A stretch of 64,000 nucleotides of DNA from Deltaproteobacteria bacterium (GTDB lineage: Bacteria; Myxococcota_A; UBA9160; SMWR01). The notes under the pieces were generated by a model. That model did not search any database and had not been told where the DNA came from. It saw only the letters and a list, made by a program, of their open reading frames with translations. The position numbers were made by a program, and so were the translations under genes. Positions 9,522 to 20,019 of the stretch are shown piece after piece. Every line of letters starts with the position of its first letter. The stretch's first letter is position 1. The stretch is from positions 26,052 through 90,051 of the forward strand of contig JAQBHB010000014.1 in assembly GCA_032128115.1 (NCBI GenBank), given 5' to 3'.

Positions 9522-10966
9522 GGATGAACCTCCCGGACGACGACCTGGCTGCCCGCCGCGCCCGTCAACCACCCCCCGATCATGACGGAGAAGAGGCCGG
9601 CTCCGCCACCGCAGTAAGCCAGCATGATGCCCCCGGGCCGGAATTTTGGAATCGTGGCGTTCCGGACGCCCTCCGGAAGACCCTCGGCGATGCCGCCGGC
9701 ACCGCGCACGAGTTCCCCACCGGGGATCATCAGCAGTTCGTGAAGGCGCTTCAGCAGGTCCGCCTTCGACCATCCGGCCTCGCGGAATACCCGAGCGTGC
9801 TCGGGACCCACCAGCAGCAGGCAATCGAACGCCAACGCGAGCTTCGGGTGGTGAAGACTGCGAAGGTTCACGGCGAACGTCCGGGCCAGCGACTCGGGCT
9901 CCCGAGAGATCTGGTCGACGATGTTGCGGGTGCCTTCACCCGCGAACAGCGTCACGGTGCTGGCCCCCTCCCGGGCGCCGAGATCGCGGGCGAGCGGCGT
10001 CCAGGGAGAAGCCTCCTCGTCCTCTGCAAAACAGAAGCCGAGCTTGCCGGGACTGCCGAACGTGGCTCGATCCACCTGGCCCGGGCGCCCGCCACCCACG
10101 TTCCGGATCACCAGCTGGAGCGCGCGGCCGATCGTGCTGTTGGCCCGATTGCCCTGCCCCAGCACGTTGATTCCGGTGTTCATGCCGATGGCACGCCGGA
10201 TCGGTCCGTTCACCACGACGATGGGGCCCACGCCCATGGTAGTGGCGAGCACGCCGTGGATGTTGAACTCGTCGCTGCAGGCCGCCTCCACCGCCGCGAT
10301 CACCACCGGCAGGTGCTCGGGGCGGCAGCCCGCCATTACCGCGTTGATCGCGACCTTCTCGACCGTGCCCTCGACGAGATCCGGCGGCACGACGGCGACC
10401 ACTTCGTCCGGCGCTCGCGAGGTTCCCTCGAGCATCGCCAGCGTGCGGGACAGCGTGGGCGGCACGACGGGCAAGCCGTCGGACCATCCCCGCGCGTACA
10501 CGGCCTCGATCGGATCCTCGAACGGGCTGATCTCCACCTGCCGCGAGCGGAGCTTCGTTCCGGAGAAGCGTGCGCGCAGATCCGACGCGAGATTCGGGTC
10601 GACGGAAAGCGAGCCACAGCCAGGCCGTTGTTCGGGCAGATCGGGCCCGAGCCCCGCGACACCCGTCAATGCCTCCCATTCGCCGCGATGCCAGCCCAGT
10701 GCCCGGGCGCTCTCGCGCCCGTTTTCCACGCACACCAGGGTCGGCACCGCCTCGATCTCGTGGTGCCACGACACCTCGAGACCGGTGTCGTCCACGGGAT
10801 CGAGTCCTACCGGAAACCCGACGTCATCCTGGGTGTAACAAATGAGTGCGACCCGGGAGCGAAGCTGTCTCAGCACGGGAACCACGAGCTCGCACGTGGG
10901 GCAGTCGCGCTTCACGAACGCCACGATTCCGGAAGGTAGCTCGGGTCGGGCCGACGGCTGGCTCAC
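9518..10966 (-). CDS. Thioredoxin-like CxxC domain fused to the uncharacterised domain typical of UGSC neighbours
   Basis: FVKRDCPTC..IEAVPTL N-terminal Trx fold; GWSDGLPVVPPT, VEKVAINAVMAGC, NRANSTIGRAL, EDEEASPW. Confidence 0.8.
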   Translation of the reverse strand: MSQPSARPELPSGIVAFVKRDCPTCELVVPVLRQLRSRVALICYTQDDVGFPVGLDPVDDTGLEVSWHHEIEAVPTLVCVENGRESARALGWHRGEWEALTGVAGLGPDLPEQRPGCGSLSVDPNLASDLRARFSGTKLRSRQVEISPFEDPIEAVYARGWSDGLPVVPPTLSRTLAMLEGTSRAPDEVVAVVPPDLVEGTVEKVAINAVMAGCRPEHLPVVIAAVEAACSDEFNIHGVLATTMGVGPIVVVNGPIRRAIGMNTGINVLGQGNRANSTIGRALQLVIRNVGGGRPGQVDRATFGSPGKLGFCFAEDEEASPWTPLARDLGAREGASTVTLFAGEGTRNIVDQISREPESLARTFAVNLRSLHHPKLALAFDCLLLVGPEHARVFREAGWSKADLLKRLHELLMIPGGELVRGAGGIAEGLPEGVRNATIPKFRPGGIMLAYCGGGAGLFSVMIGGWLTGAAGSQVVVREVHP

Positions 10967-11112
10967 ACGCGGATCCTACACCAGGCCCATCTCTCGGCTG
11001 CACCGAAAGGGCCCGCGGCGCCCTGGCTTCCGGCCCCATCGGCAGCGAGCGGCTGACGAGCCCACAGGACGGCCTTCGTCCCGACGCTCACGGTTCCGGA
11101 AACACGAGGCCT

Positions 11113-13329
11113 TCAGCTGGAGGAGTGACTCGATCCTGAATCGTTTCTGGGCCCCCGCTGCTGCTGTGAGTTGAGCGACGCGGCCCATAGCCCGACCCCG
11201 AGCAGGATCGCTCCTCCCGACTCGACGAATGCACGCAGGCGATCGGAGGACGCGATCTCCGCGAGGCGCCCGGACCCCTCCACCTCCCCTTGCGCGCCGG
11301 CAAGCCGCACCTGGCGCTTCAGCGCCGCTGCGTTCCTGGGATCCATTGCGAGCGCAGCGTCCCAGGCTTTCTGGGCGCCGTTCCGATCCCCCGCGACTAA
11401 CCGCACGTCCCCGAGCTCCACGCGAACGTCCGCGCTGTCTGGCTGCTGCTCGAGCAGGTCCCGCAGCAGCGCGTCCGCCTCGTCCATCCGGTTCGTGACA
11501 CGAAGCAATCGGGCCCGCTCGAGCCGAGCCGGGGCGTGATCCGGGTAGCGAGCAACGGCGCCCGTCAACAGCTCGAGGGCAAGCTCGTAGCGCCCCGCGG
11601 CTCGATAAAAATTGGCGCGGGCCACGCGGCGCCGGAGATCGCGCGGGGAGGGAGCTTCGTCCAGGGCCGGAAACACGCCCGGGTCACTCAGGTCTACCGC
11701 GTCTTCCCACGGGGACCCGTTCTCGGGGACGCGCACGAAAACCGCCGCCACGTCGTCCACAAACGCGAGTCGCCAGAGCCAGCTCCGGTTCAGCGACGTG
11801 ATCAAGCGGCTTGAGGGCACGAGCGCGTGGTGCACGAGAACCGCGCCGAAGTGATAGCTGCGATCGAGGCGTTCGAAGCGTTCGGGCGTGGTCACCTGGA
11901 AGCGCATGACCCGGCGCCGCTCCGTAGCCTCGAGCCGCCAGCCCCCGGTCATGGCAAGGTAGTCGGGAAAGAGCCGCCAGATCACGTACCCGCCGTCCGC
12001 CATGTGATGGCAGAGGGGCCCGGGCGGGCGCTCACGCTCGATCCAATCCACCGCAGCGATGGGGTACAGATCCTCGGCGATGCCGATGCCCGACTCGCGC
12101 TGCACCCCGATGCGCGGATAAAAGCGATCGCGCGCGACGTCGATGGTGAGCACGATGAGCACCAGCGATGCAATCGCAGTGGTAGCGATGTGCCCAACGA
12201 CAATGCCGCTGTGTCGGTCGAGGACAGCGTTCGCGTTGCGCACAAGGATCGGCGTGGCGACCACAGCAAAGAGTGCGATGTTCCGGTGAGCGCCCAGCGC
12301 GAGAAACAGGAATGCGCCCCAGATCAGCGGATCGCTTCCGCGTAGCCGTCGCGCGTTCAGCGCCATCGCCGCGAACGAGACCAACCCGAGCGCCACGAAG
12401 AGCGCCCGTCGCAAAGGTGCAACGGTAGACTCCGGACCGAAGCTACGCGCGAGCTCGCCAACGGCGGGGCCAAAGGCGCCGGCGTCCGCGGGTGGGCTCA
12501 CCATACCGAGCTGGTGGAGAGGATAGGCAGCGCCGTCCAGCAGGTTCGGATTCACCAGGGCGGCGAGCGTTGCCAGAAGAAACACCACCCCCGAGCGTCG
12601 AACGCGGCCCGAGCCCCCTCCCCGGCCGCTCCCCGCGAGGGATTGGGCGACATCCGCCACCCAGTGGAGGGCGCAGAGCGCGATTCCCAGGGCGAACAGC
12701 CCGTGGAAATTCACCCAGACGATCTGGATTCCGACGATGCCGTAGACCCAGGCGTCGCCCCGGCGTTCGAAACGATCATGCAGTACGAGGCTGGCGGCCA
12801 AAAGCACGAAGCTGGGGAGCTCCGGCCGGGGCATGAAGCGGGGACACGCGATCGCGAGCATCACTGCCAGGGCCGCAACGCTGACGATCGGACGCTCGCG
12901 TCGGTATCCCAGGGGGGCGAGGAGGCCCAGCAGGCCAAGCACGAGCACGAGCTTCGAGATGACGACTGCGCCTTGGCCTCCAAGGGAGTAGAACGCGTAG
13001 AGCCAGAGCTGGTGGAGCCAGTGGATGTTGATCCAGGGCGCATCGGGCTCAGTGAACGTGAAGGGATCGGTGAGGGGAACCGCACGCGTCGCTGCGATGA
13101 AGGCTCCAGCTCGAAGATGCCACCAGTAGTCGAGTGACTGGATCTTCTGCAGCGAGAGCGCAGCAGCGAACGCACTCAAAGCGAGCCAGACTGTCGATCG
13201 CGCCACAAGGCCCGTCACACCGCGCAGCACATCACAGATCGCCGGAGATCTCAACGAGCCCGTTTTGTTGAACCATCGATTTCGAGCCACTTCTCGGAGT
13301 AACCGGGGCGATCGATGGGTCTGGGGCAA
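11113..13329 (-). CDS. Polytopic membrane protein (GT-C-fold-like) with TPR repeats; paralog of 7034..8950
   Basis: DYWWHLRAG..P.TDPFTFT, RPELPS, WVNFHG, GGYVIW; several C-terminal TPRs. True start may be a GTG near 13218. Confidence 0.7.
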   Translation of the reverse strand: MPQTHRSPRLLREVARNRWFNKTGSLRSPAICDVLRGVTGLVARSTVWLALSAFAAALSLQKIQSLDYWWHLRAGAFIAATRAVPLTDPFTFTEPDAPWINIHWLHQLWLYAFYSLGGQGAVVISKLVLVLGLLGLLAPLGYRRERPIVSVAALAVMLAIACPRFMPRPELPSFVLLAASLVLHDRFERRGDAWVYGIVGIQIVWVNFHGLFALGIALCALHWVADVAQSLAGSGRGGGSGRVRRSGVVFLLATLAALVNPNLLDGAAYPLHQLGMVSPPADAGAFGPAVGELARSFGPESTVAPLRRALFVALGLVSFAAMALNARRLRGSDPLIWGAFLFLALGAHRNIALFAVVATPILVRNANAVLDRHSGIVVGHIATTAIASLVLIVLTIDVARDRFYPRIGVQRESGIGIAEDLYPIAAVDWIERERPPGPLCHHMADGGYVIWRLFPDYLAMTGGWRLEATERRRVMRFQVTTPERFERLDRSYHFGAVLVHHALVPSSRLITSLNRSWLWRLAFVDDVAAVFVRVPENGSPWEDAVDLSDPGVFPALDEAPSPRDLRRRVARANFYRAAGRYELALELLTGAVARYPDHAPARLERARLLRVTNRMDEADALLRDLLEQQPDSADVRVELGDVRLVAGDRNGAQKAWDAALAMDPRNAAALKRQVRLAGAQGEVEGSGRLAEIASSDRLRAFVESGGAILLGVGLWAASLNSQQQRGPRNDSGSSHSSS

Positions 13330-13444
13330 GTGACAGCGCCGCGGGCGAGGTCGCCGCGCGGATTCTAATCTAAAAGTGGGGCGCAGGCGTCAGCAAACCC
13401 GTCCGGGCGCCGCGTCGAGAGAGGCTACTCCGGCCTTCGGTCGT

Positions 13445-14857
13445 TCACGCCGACTCGTCGAGCTCGATGTCTCGTGGAGTCGAGGCGGCGTCGCGGCCCT
13501 CTCCCGAGGATTCGCCGGCCGAGGCACGGCTCAACCGAACCCGCTCGATTCGCCGGGACGAGGCCTCCACGACCTCCGCCCGGAACGGACCCATCTGCAC
13601 CACGTCTCCCACCTTCGCTAGGCGACCCAGGCGCGCTGTCACGTGTCCTCCCAGCGTGTCCTCGCCCTCTTGCTCCTCCGCGCTCAACACGAAGTCGAGT
13701 CGATCGAAGAGCTCGGGCATCGGGACGTGCCCCGGCGCTTCGAAGACTCCGTCTCCGATCTCCTGGAACTCCCGCTCCGGGTCGTCGAACTCGTCGTCGA
13801 GGGGACCCACGACCTCCTCCAGGGCGTCCTCGCGAAATGCGAAGCCGATCACTGTGCCCCGCTCGTCCAGGACGGCGGCGCACTGTGCCTGCTGTGACTG
13901 GAGTTCGGCGAGAAAATCCAATAGAGCCATGGTGTCAGGAACGAAGAGGGGCTCGCGGGCGAGTCCGCGCAGGTCGATCTCCCCACCGTCAAGTGCCTTG
14001 GCGAGCAGATCCTTGCCGTGGAGGAAGCCCACGATGGTGTCGAGCCCCACCTCGCAGACGGGAAATCGCGTGTGCCCACTGTCCCGAATCTTGCGCAGGT
14101 TCTCGTCGGTCGGACGTTCCAGGGAGAGAAACTCGATGTCTGCGCGCGGGACCACGATGTGCCGAACCTCGAGCTGCGTCAACCGGAACACGTTCTCGGT
14201 GATCTCGTACTCGCGCTCCGAGATCCTTCCGGCGTCTGCCGAAAGCGAGAGGATGCTCCTTATCTCCTCGGTGTCGTGAACCTCCTCGTGGTGGGGGTCG
14301 CTCGAAAATCCGATCAGCCGCAACAGGCCGTTCGAGATGCTGTTGATTGCCGCGATGAACGGCGCGAACAGCCACGCGAAGACCCGCAGGCTGGGTGCCG
14401 TGGCGATCGCCATCCGCTCCGCCCGACGAATCGCCCACATCTTCGGGGCCTGCTCACCGATCGTCATGTGGAGGGTCGTGATGACCACAAACGCCAATCC
14501 GATCGAGGCAATCGGCAACCAGGTCGCGTCCGTCGAGACCGCCACGCCGGCCGCCGCGAGGCCGGCGATCAGCAGCACCGACACCGCGGGCTCACCCAGC
14601 GCACCCAGGATCAGGCTCGCGATCGTGATCCCGAGCTGACAGGCAGAGAGGTACCGGTCCAGGTGGCGGTGCAGGTGCTGCACGGTGCGGGCACCGCGTC
14701 GGCCCTCTCTGACGAGCGCCTCGATTCGGGCCCCGCGCACCTTGACCAGGGCGAACTCCGCTGCCACGAAGAAGCCGTTCAGGAAGACGAAAAAGAGCGT
14801 CGCGCCCAGACGCCACGCCACTCCCAGCGCGTCCAGAGTTTCAGGGCCTGCGTTCAC
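13445..14857 (-). CDS. Hemolysin/CorC-HlyC (CNNM) family CBS-domain membrane protein
   Basis: LNGFFVAAEFALV, CQLGITIASLILGALGEP, GEQAPK, GHTRFPV, CorC_HlyC tail DTLGG. Confidence 0.93.
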   Translation of the reverse strand: MNAGPETLDALGVAWRLGATLFFVFLNGFFVAAEFALVKVRGARIEALVREGRRGARTVQHLHRHLDRYLSACQLGITIASLILGALGEPAVSVLLIAGLAAAGVAVSTDATWLPIASIGLAFVVITTLHMTIGEQAPKMWAIRRAERMAIATAPSLRVFAWLFAPFIAAINSISNGLLRLIGFSSDPHHEEVHDTEEIRSILSLSADAGRISEREYEITENVFRLTQLEVRHIVVPRADIEFLSLERPTDENLRKIRDSGHTRFPVCEVGLDTIVGFLHGKDLLAKALDGGEIDLRGLAREPLFVPDTMALLDFLAELQSQQAQCAAVLDERGTVIGFAFREDALEEVVGPLDDEFDDPEREFQEIGDGVFEAPGHVPMPELFDRLDFVLSAEEQEGEDTLGGHVTARLGRLAKVGDVVQMGPFRAEVVEASSRRIERVRLSRASAGESSGEGRDAASTPRDIELDESA

Positions 14858-15015
14858 CGAGCGAACCTCTCATTTGCGACCGGCCTGCCCCGGTTTGTCG
14901 TACCCGGGCCGATGTTAGTCCAAACAGCGATTGAACCAACAAGCGCCCGGGTGCCGTACGGGCTCAGATCCAGAAAAACCCGCAGGAACGCCAACGCGCA
15001 GCCTTTCGCAGCGGC

Positions 15016-16080
15016 TCAGCGAGACGCCGGAATTTCGTGCCAGTCGGGCGCCTGTCGTAGGTCGAACAGGAAAATCCCCTGCCCGTTGCCATGAGGCCCG
15101 TCCACGGCGCGGAGTTGGAACGCCATCCACCTCCCGTCCGGAGCAACTACGGGGTTGTTCGCACCGAAACCTGCGAAGTCGCTGAAATGCGTGAGCCGCT
15201 GGCTGCGACCGGTCCCGTCCAACGCGGTTCGCCAGATGTCAAGGTGGCCGTGTGGCGTCAGGGTATAGGTATCCGGCTCGCGTTCGACCGCGGCGAATCG
15301 ACCATCCGGGAAGACGCCCTCGGCCTCATCGTAGCCCCAGTTCTGCGAGTAGTTGTGGATCTCGCCAGTCTCCAGGTCTACGCCCATCGCTTCGCCGCCT
15401 CGGTAGGCGTAGGCAGTGAAGAGGAGCTCGCGTTCATCGGGTGCCCGGAAGTCCTGGGTCTCGAGGAACGCCAGGTAGTGAAAGTCGCTCCGGTCGAGAA
15501 GTTTGGCACGATCTACAATCCTGGGAGCACCGGTTTCGAAGGAGATCTCCCCGATCCAGATCTCGGACCGCCCGAGAACCACCCGGTCCGGATAGTCCGA
15601 TCGCGTCCACGCGATGCGAAGACTCCGGCGGGAGACGGCCGGACCCTCGAAGCAGGGTTCGTCGAGTGACACCGCGGGGCCCGAGAGATCGCTGCCCAGC
15701 CACCACAGCTCCGTATGCCAGCGGCCGTGCTCGGGTGTCGAATCGGCAGGACTCTGCGGCCCGCATAGGAGGACATCGCCGTTGGCGAGGTAGCGGGCTC
15801 GGGTGAAACCACTGTGGTCGAAGTGGGTCGTGAGGGGTCGTACGGCACGAGTCTCGAGGTCGATCTCGAAGACGTCCCCCACCAGCTCGTCCAGGAAGAG
15901 GAGGTGTCGTCCATCGCCCGACCAGTCCGGCCTGACGCCGGCTGCAACAAGCGGTGAGATATGCGCTGGAAGAGCGCTGGCGGGCGACCCCGAACGCGAG
16001 CCCCTTTGCTCGGGTGAGCCGCAACCGCACAGCAGTGCCGTCAGGCTGGCTACGAATGCGATCCAGGTTCTGGGTTTCAG
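15016..16080 (-). CDS. TolB/WD40-like beta-propeller lipoprotein
   Basis: Lipobox LLCGC; repeats PDWSGDGR, VFPDGR, PVVAPDGRWMAF; start inferred at CTG 16080 (GGAGG 7 nt upstream) or GTG 16113. Confidence 0.75.
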   Translation of the reverse strand: MKPRTWIAFVASLTALLCGCGSPEQRGSRSGSPASALPAHISPLVAAGVRPDWSGDGRHLLFLDELVGDVFEIDLETRAVRPLTTHFDHSGFTRARYLANGDVLLCGPQSPADSTPEHGRWHTELWWLGSDLSGPAVSLDEPCFEGPAVSRRSLRIAWTRSDYPDRVVLGRSEIWIGEISFETGAPRIVDRAKLLDRSDFHYLAFLETQDFRAPDERELLFTAYAYRGGEAMGVDLETGEIHNYSQNWGYDEAEGVFPDGRFAAVEREPDTYTLTPHGHLDIWRTALDGTGRSQRLTHFSDFAGFGANNPVVAPDGRWMAFQLRAVDGPHGNGQGIFLFDLRQAPDWHEIPASR

Positions 16081-16255
16081 CGCCAGTCCTCCGCGCCAAC
16101 ATCCGTGAGACACCCAGGTACTCTGAGTTCTCTGGCGCGAGCCAGCGGCGAGCGCGCCGGGGTCGAGGCCAAGCGGCGCGGCACGAAGCCGCCGCTGGAG
16201 TGCTTCGTAGTCGCCCGGGGTGCGATGGCCGTTGGCTTCTTCGCGGCTGGTTGCC

Positions 16256-16283
16256 ATTCGCGTATTCGCGTATTCGCGTATTC
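16256..16283. repeat. 8-bp tandem repeat (ATTCGCGT) x3.5
   Basis: attcgcgt attcgcgt attcgcgt attc seen directly. Confidence 0.9.
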
Positions 16284-16427
16284 CGCCTTGGCGCGCGCGA
16301 ACTCGCGCGGATCGCACGCGCAGGGAGTCTATCCAATTCCGAGGGCCACAAAACCGCGCTGGTCCTCGAGATTGCGCGTGGTCGCCAAGGACATCCCGGG
16401 CGGGAACAGGAGTCCGGCGGGGAGGAC

Positions 16428-17546
16428 CTAGCGAAGCACCCGATGGTCTCTCTTGGTGCCCCCGGCAGGACCTCCCTCGGCATCCCGGCCGATCCAGAAA
16501 GCGCTTCCGAGCGCCTTCTGGACCGCGCGCGTCGCAATCGCGTTTCCGAGCGGGCTCCAGTGGTAATCGCAGCGCAGGAAGTACTGGCGAGAGCGCTCGT
16601 CGCCGGCCGCCATGGCCGGGAGCAGGTTCACGACGCGGTAGCCGGAGCGCTCACCCGCAGCCCGGAGCCGCTCGGACAGGGGCTCCGCTCCCCGGCGCGC
16701 GTAGGCGCGCAGGTCGGTGAGGGTCGGTATCAGAATCACGGCTACGCGCCTCGGGTGTGCCTCCGCGGCGAGCCGCTCGAGCACTCCCTCCAGTAACCGC
16801 ACCCGGCGCTCATCGTAATCGTAGAACCACTCGACTTCACCCGACTCGGCGACTTCGGCCACCGCCCGCGCACGGGCTCGCCCCTCCACGGCCGCAACGG
16901 CCGCACTGCCCGCATACGACCACATGCGCAGCCATCGGCGCAGACGCGGCTCCCGGTAGTCGAGATGACGGAACTCGGGAGGGTCACCCACCAGATACGG
17001 CCGGTACCGGAACTGGCCGTAGGCGTGCACGCGCACGCTCTCAAAATCCAGGTCGACGAAATCGTTGGCGGGGAGGATGCCCACCAGCACTGCCGTGTGG
17101 TCGAAGTCGCGAGCCAGCGAGCGGTAGACCAGGTACTCCTGATACGGGCTGAAGTGAGCCATCGCGAAGTTCAGGTGCTCGACGCCGGTCTGCGCCTCCA
17201 ATCGATTCGAGAGGCGGTCGGCCTCTGGGACGCCCCAGCCCTCGAGGAACGAATCGCCGAGCACGACGACCCGCGGTCGATCCGACCGCCGCGCGCGTTC
17301 GACGTCGCGCGCGCCATCCTCGTTGGCTCGGTACTCGACGTCATAACAGCTCGTCTGGTGTCGGTAGCTGAGGCCCGGAGCGTGCCACACGCCGAACTCG
17401 GGATGATCACCCAGCCAGTATCCCTCGCGCTTGTCGCTGGGGCGCGGTGCCGAGAGCCAACCGGACTCGATCAGGACGCGGGCCCCGAGTTCGACCAGCG
17501 CGAGGGTTGCAATTCCGGCCAGGAGCACAGCGGTCGCGGCGCGCAC
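16428..17546 (-). CDS. SGNH/GDSL hydrolase family protein, membrane-anchored
   Basis: VVVLGDSFLEGWGV (block I), ANDF, CDYHWSPLGN (DxH). Confidence 0.88.
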   Translation of the reverse strand: MRAATAVLLAGIATLALVELGARVLIESGWLSAPRPSDKREGYWLGDHPEFGVWHAPGLSYRHQTSCYDVEYRANEDGARDVERARRSDRPRVVVLGDSFLEGWGVPEADRLSNRLEAQTGVEHLNFAMAHFSPYQEYLVYRSLARDFDHTAVLVGILPANDFVDLDFESVRVHAYGQFRYRPYLVGDPPEFRHLDYREPRLRRWLRMWSYAGSAAVAAVEGRARARAVAEVAESGEVEWFYDYDERRVRLLEGVLERLAAEAHPRRVAVILIPTLTDLRAYARRGAEPLSERLRAAGERSGYRVVNLLPAMAAGDERSRQYFLRCDYHWSPLGNAIATRAVQKALGSAFWIGRDAEGGPAGGTKRDHRVLR

Positions 17547-17620
17547 GCAGCGATCCTAGCCCGGATCTCGCCTGGTTCGGGCGCAAGCGTGTATTCTCGA
17601 CGTTGGTGCAGTCGACCATC

Positions 17621-19555
17621 GTGCGCACAGCGGGAATCCTTTCGATCCTGATGGTCGCGGTCGCCGCGAACGCCGACGCACCGCTCGAAGGGGCGAACGC
17701 GCCGGCCATCGATGGGGACGCCCTCCCGCTCTCTCCCAGCGCGCGCCCACAGACCCTGCGCAACCTGCGCGCGCAGATGGCTCGACACCACGACTCGTCC
17801 GATGGCGGAGGCCACGCCCGCCTGGATGTCGGCGGACCGCGCGTGCACGCGGGGTCGAGTCAGAGATGGGAGATCGTTTACGAAGCCGGCGCTCTCGGAA
17901 TCCGCGAGGGCGGCTTCATCGTGCTCGAGATTCCGCCCTTCCTGGGGTGGTCGCCGCCGCAGCTGATCGATTCCAGGGCGTTGGGCTACGTGACGGCATC
18001 CACACTCTCGACGGGGATCGCCTTCGAACTGGGTTTGGTGCGGCCGATGGCCGTTCAAATCCGAATGCGAGGTCGCGCCCTGGCTGCGGGCGAGTCGGTA
18101 CGGATCGTCTACGGAGCCGGACCGGCAGGAGCCCGGGCGGACTCCTCGGCGGAGCGCGGCTCGCGCTTCTGGATCTACGTGGACGGCGATGGGGACGGCG
18201 GCTCCCTCTTCCTACCAGATTCCCCCGGCGTAGACGTGGTGGCCGGCAAGGCTGCGCACCTGCACGTCGCGTGGCCGGGCACCGCGAGACCCGGAGACCG
18301 CGTGCGTCTCTCACTTGCGGTTCTCGATGCCAATCACAATGCCGGTGTCGACTTTCGGGGCGACGTCGCCCTGTCGGGGCCGCCCACGCTGAAGGGCCCG
18401 GCGAGCGCGTCGTTCGGGGGCGACGAGGAAGGCGTCCAGAGCGTTGAGTTCGGAGTGGGCGACGAGGGCGTGTATCGGATTTTCGCGCGAGGTCCATCGG
18501 GCCTCATCGGCTTCAGCAATCCCCTCGTCGTGTCGGCGATGCGCCCACGCATCCTTTGGGGAGATCTCCACGGGCACAGCAACTTCTCCGATGGTACGGG
18601 TGTCCCCAACGACTTCTTCCGCTACGCCCGTGATGTGGCTGGCCTCGATGTCGCCGCCCTCACCGATCACGACCACTGGGGTGCGCCCGCCTTCCTGGAC
18701 CGTACCTCCGCAGCGCGAGCCAAACTGCATCACAGTGTGCGGCGCTTCCACCGGCCGGGGAGATTCGTCGCGCTGCGCGGCTACGAGTGGACCAGCTGGC
18801 TCTACGGGCATCGCCACGTGCTGTACTTCGGAAACGAGGGAAAACTTCACAGCTCGGTCGATGCGCGCTACGACACGCCGCTAAAGCTCTGGGATGCGCT
18901 GCGCGGCCGAAACACGCTGACCGTTGCTCATCACCCGGCTGGGCAGCCGATCGCGATCAACTGGGCGATGGCTCCAGACCCCGAGCTCGAGCCGGTCACG
19001 GAGATCGTGTCCACGCACGGCAGTAGCGAGGCGAGGGACACGCCGTTTCCCATCGCAGACCCGATCCCGGGCTCGTTCGTCCAGGACGCCCTCGCTGTCG
19101 GCCACCGGCTGGGATTCGTCGGCAGCAGCGACAGCCACGACGGCCATCCCGGCTGCACGCTGGGGCCCCCGGCCCGGTCCTGCGGGCTCGCGGCAATCTT
19201 CGCCGAGGAGCTGACCCGGGACGCCATCCTCGAGGCGCTGCGCGCGCGCCGCGTCTACGCGACCAACGGTCCTCGCATCCTACTCTGGGTCACGCTGGAC
19301 GAAGCACCGATGGGGTCGGTGGTCGCTTCGTCTCGAGAGCACCAGCTGAAAATCGAAATCGTCGCCCCCGGCGTCATCGAGCACGCGGATCTGGTGCGCG
19401 ACGGCGAGGTGGTGGAGCGGGTCATGGGCGACGGTGCGCGGGAGCTATCGTTCGAGCGCAGCGTCCGCGACGCTCGCCCTGGCGAGACCCTCTACGTGCG
19501 AGTGATCCAGACGGACCGCGGCGCCGCGTGGTCGAGTCCCTTCTTCATCGACTGA
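17621..19555 (+). CDS. Secreted PHP-like metallohydrolase (DUF3604 / CehA-McbA-like)
   Basis: WGDLHGHSNFSDG, ALTDHD, GYEWT, GHRHV, GSSDSHDGHPG, RRVYATNG; signal-peptide-like N-terminus; start estimated. Confidence 0.82.
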   Translation: MRTAGILSILMVAVAANADAPLEGANAPAIDGDALPLSPSARPQTLRNLRAQMARHHDSSDGGGHARLDVGGPRVHAGSSQRWEIVYEAGALGIREGGFIVLEIPPFLGWSPPQLIDSRALGYVTASTLSTGIAFELGLVRPMAVQIRMRGRALAAGESVRIVYGAGPAGARADSSAERGSRFWIYVDGDGDGGSLFLPDSPGVDVVAGKAAHLHVAWPGTARPGDRVRLSLAVLDANHNAGVDFRGDVALSGPPTLKGPASASFGGDEEGVQSVEFGVGDEGVYRIFARGPSGLIGFSNPLVVSAMRPRILWGDLHGHSNFSDGTGVPNDFFRYARDVAGLDVAALTDHDHWGAPAFLDRTSAARAKLHHSVRRFHRPGRFVALRGYEWTSWLYGHRHVLYFGNEGKLHSSVDARYDTPLKLWDALRGRNTLTVAHHPAGQPIAINWAMAPDPELEPVTEIVSTHGSSEARDTPFPIADPIPGSFVQDALAVGHRLGFVGSSDSHDGHPGCTLGPPARSCGLAAIFAEELTRDAILEALRARRVYATNGPRILLWVTLDEAPMGSVVASSREHQLKIEIVAPGVIEHADLVRDGEVVERVMGDGARELSFERSVRDARPGETLYVRVIQTDRGAAWSSPFFID

Positions 19556-19649
19556 CCGCCTACCCTCGCGGAGAAACTACACGGAAGCCACAAGCGACGA
19601 GCGGCCAGAACGCGTTGCATCGCAAGCCTCAGCCGCGAAAGCGCAACGG

Positions 19650-19693
19650 GGTGCCCCCGGCAGGACTCGAACCTGCGACGCACGGTTTAGGAA
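19650..19693 (-). repeat. 44-bp duplicate of the 3' half of tRNA-Arg (att-like site)
   Basis: Identical to 20496-20539 (ggtgcccccggcaggactcgaacctgcgacgcacggtttaggaa). Confidence 0.95.
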
Positions 19694-20019
19694 GCTGCAC
19701 CGGGGGCCGTGAGGGCGCTCCTAGTGGCGCTAGAACCCGCCCTGCTTGGCAAAGCGGGGCAAAGCGTGTCCTGGCTGGTCCCCGAAGAAGCAGCAGAAGA
19801 AGCACCGGGGACTCGGAGGCGAACGCGTGTGGCAGTGTGGCAACCTGGAAATACGCCCGACCTACCCCCGGAGGCCACCCTGTGTTCAAGTGCGGAGCCA
19901 GGCAAGCCGATCCTTGCTGTTGGCACGAGTCGCTACGGCGCAAGCCCCATTGATCAGTAGGCAATTATCAGAGGGACTTGTCTCCGGGCAAGACAGACTC
20001 GCGAGACGGTCGCAGAGAG

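Noticed and set aside
8606..10939. 777-aa plus-strand ORF and many similar long ORFs (e.g. 26651-28936, 44895-46667, 49528-51411, 60564-63131)
   Set aside because: Shadow or alternative-frame ORFs typical of high-GC DNA, overlapping well-supported genes.
14870..14915. Possible cation riboswitch upstream of the CorC/CNNM gene (cccgg/ccggg hairpin followed by ggcaggccggtcgc)
   Set aside because: Only a loose resemblance to nhaA-type motifs from memory; needs cmscan and cannot be supported by eye.
19650..19693. Second tRNA-Arg gene
   Set aside because: Only the 3' half is present, with no D arm, no 5' acceptor strand and no CCA; treated as an att repeat.
19709..19960. 83-aa ORF inside the mini-island
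   Set aside because: No recognisable motif or RBS; cannot be supported, and shows no integrase signatures.
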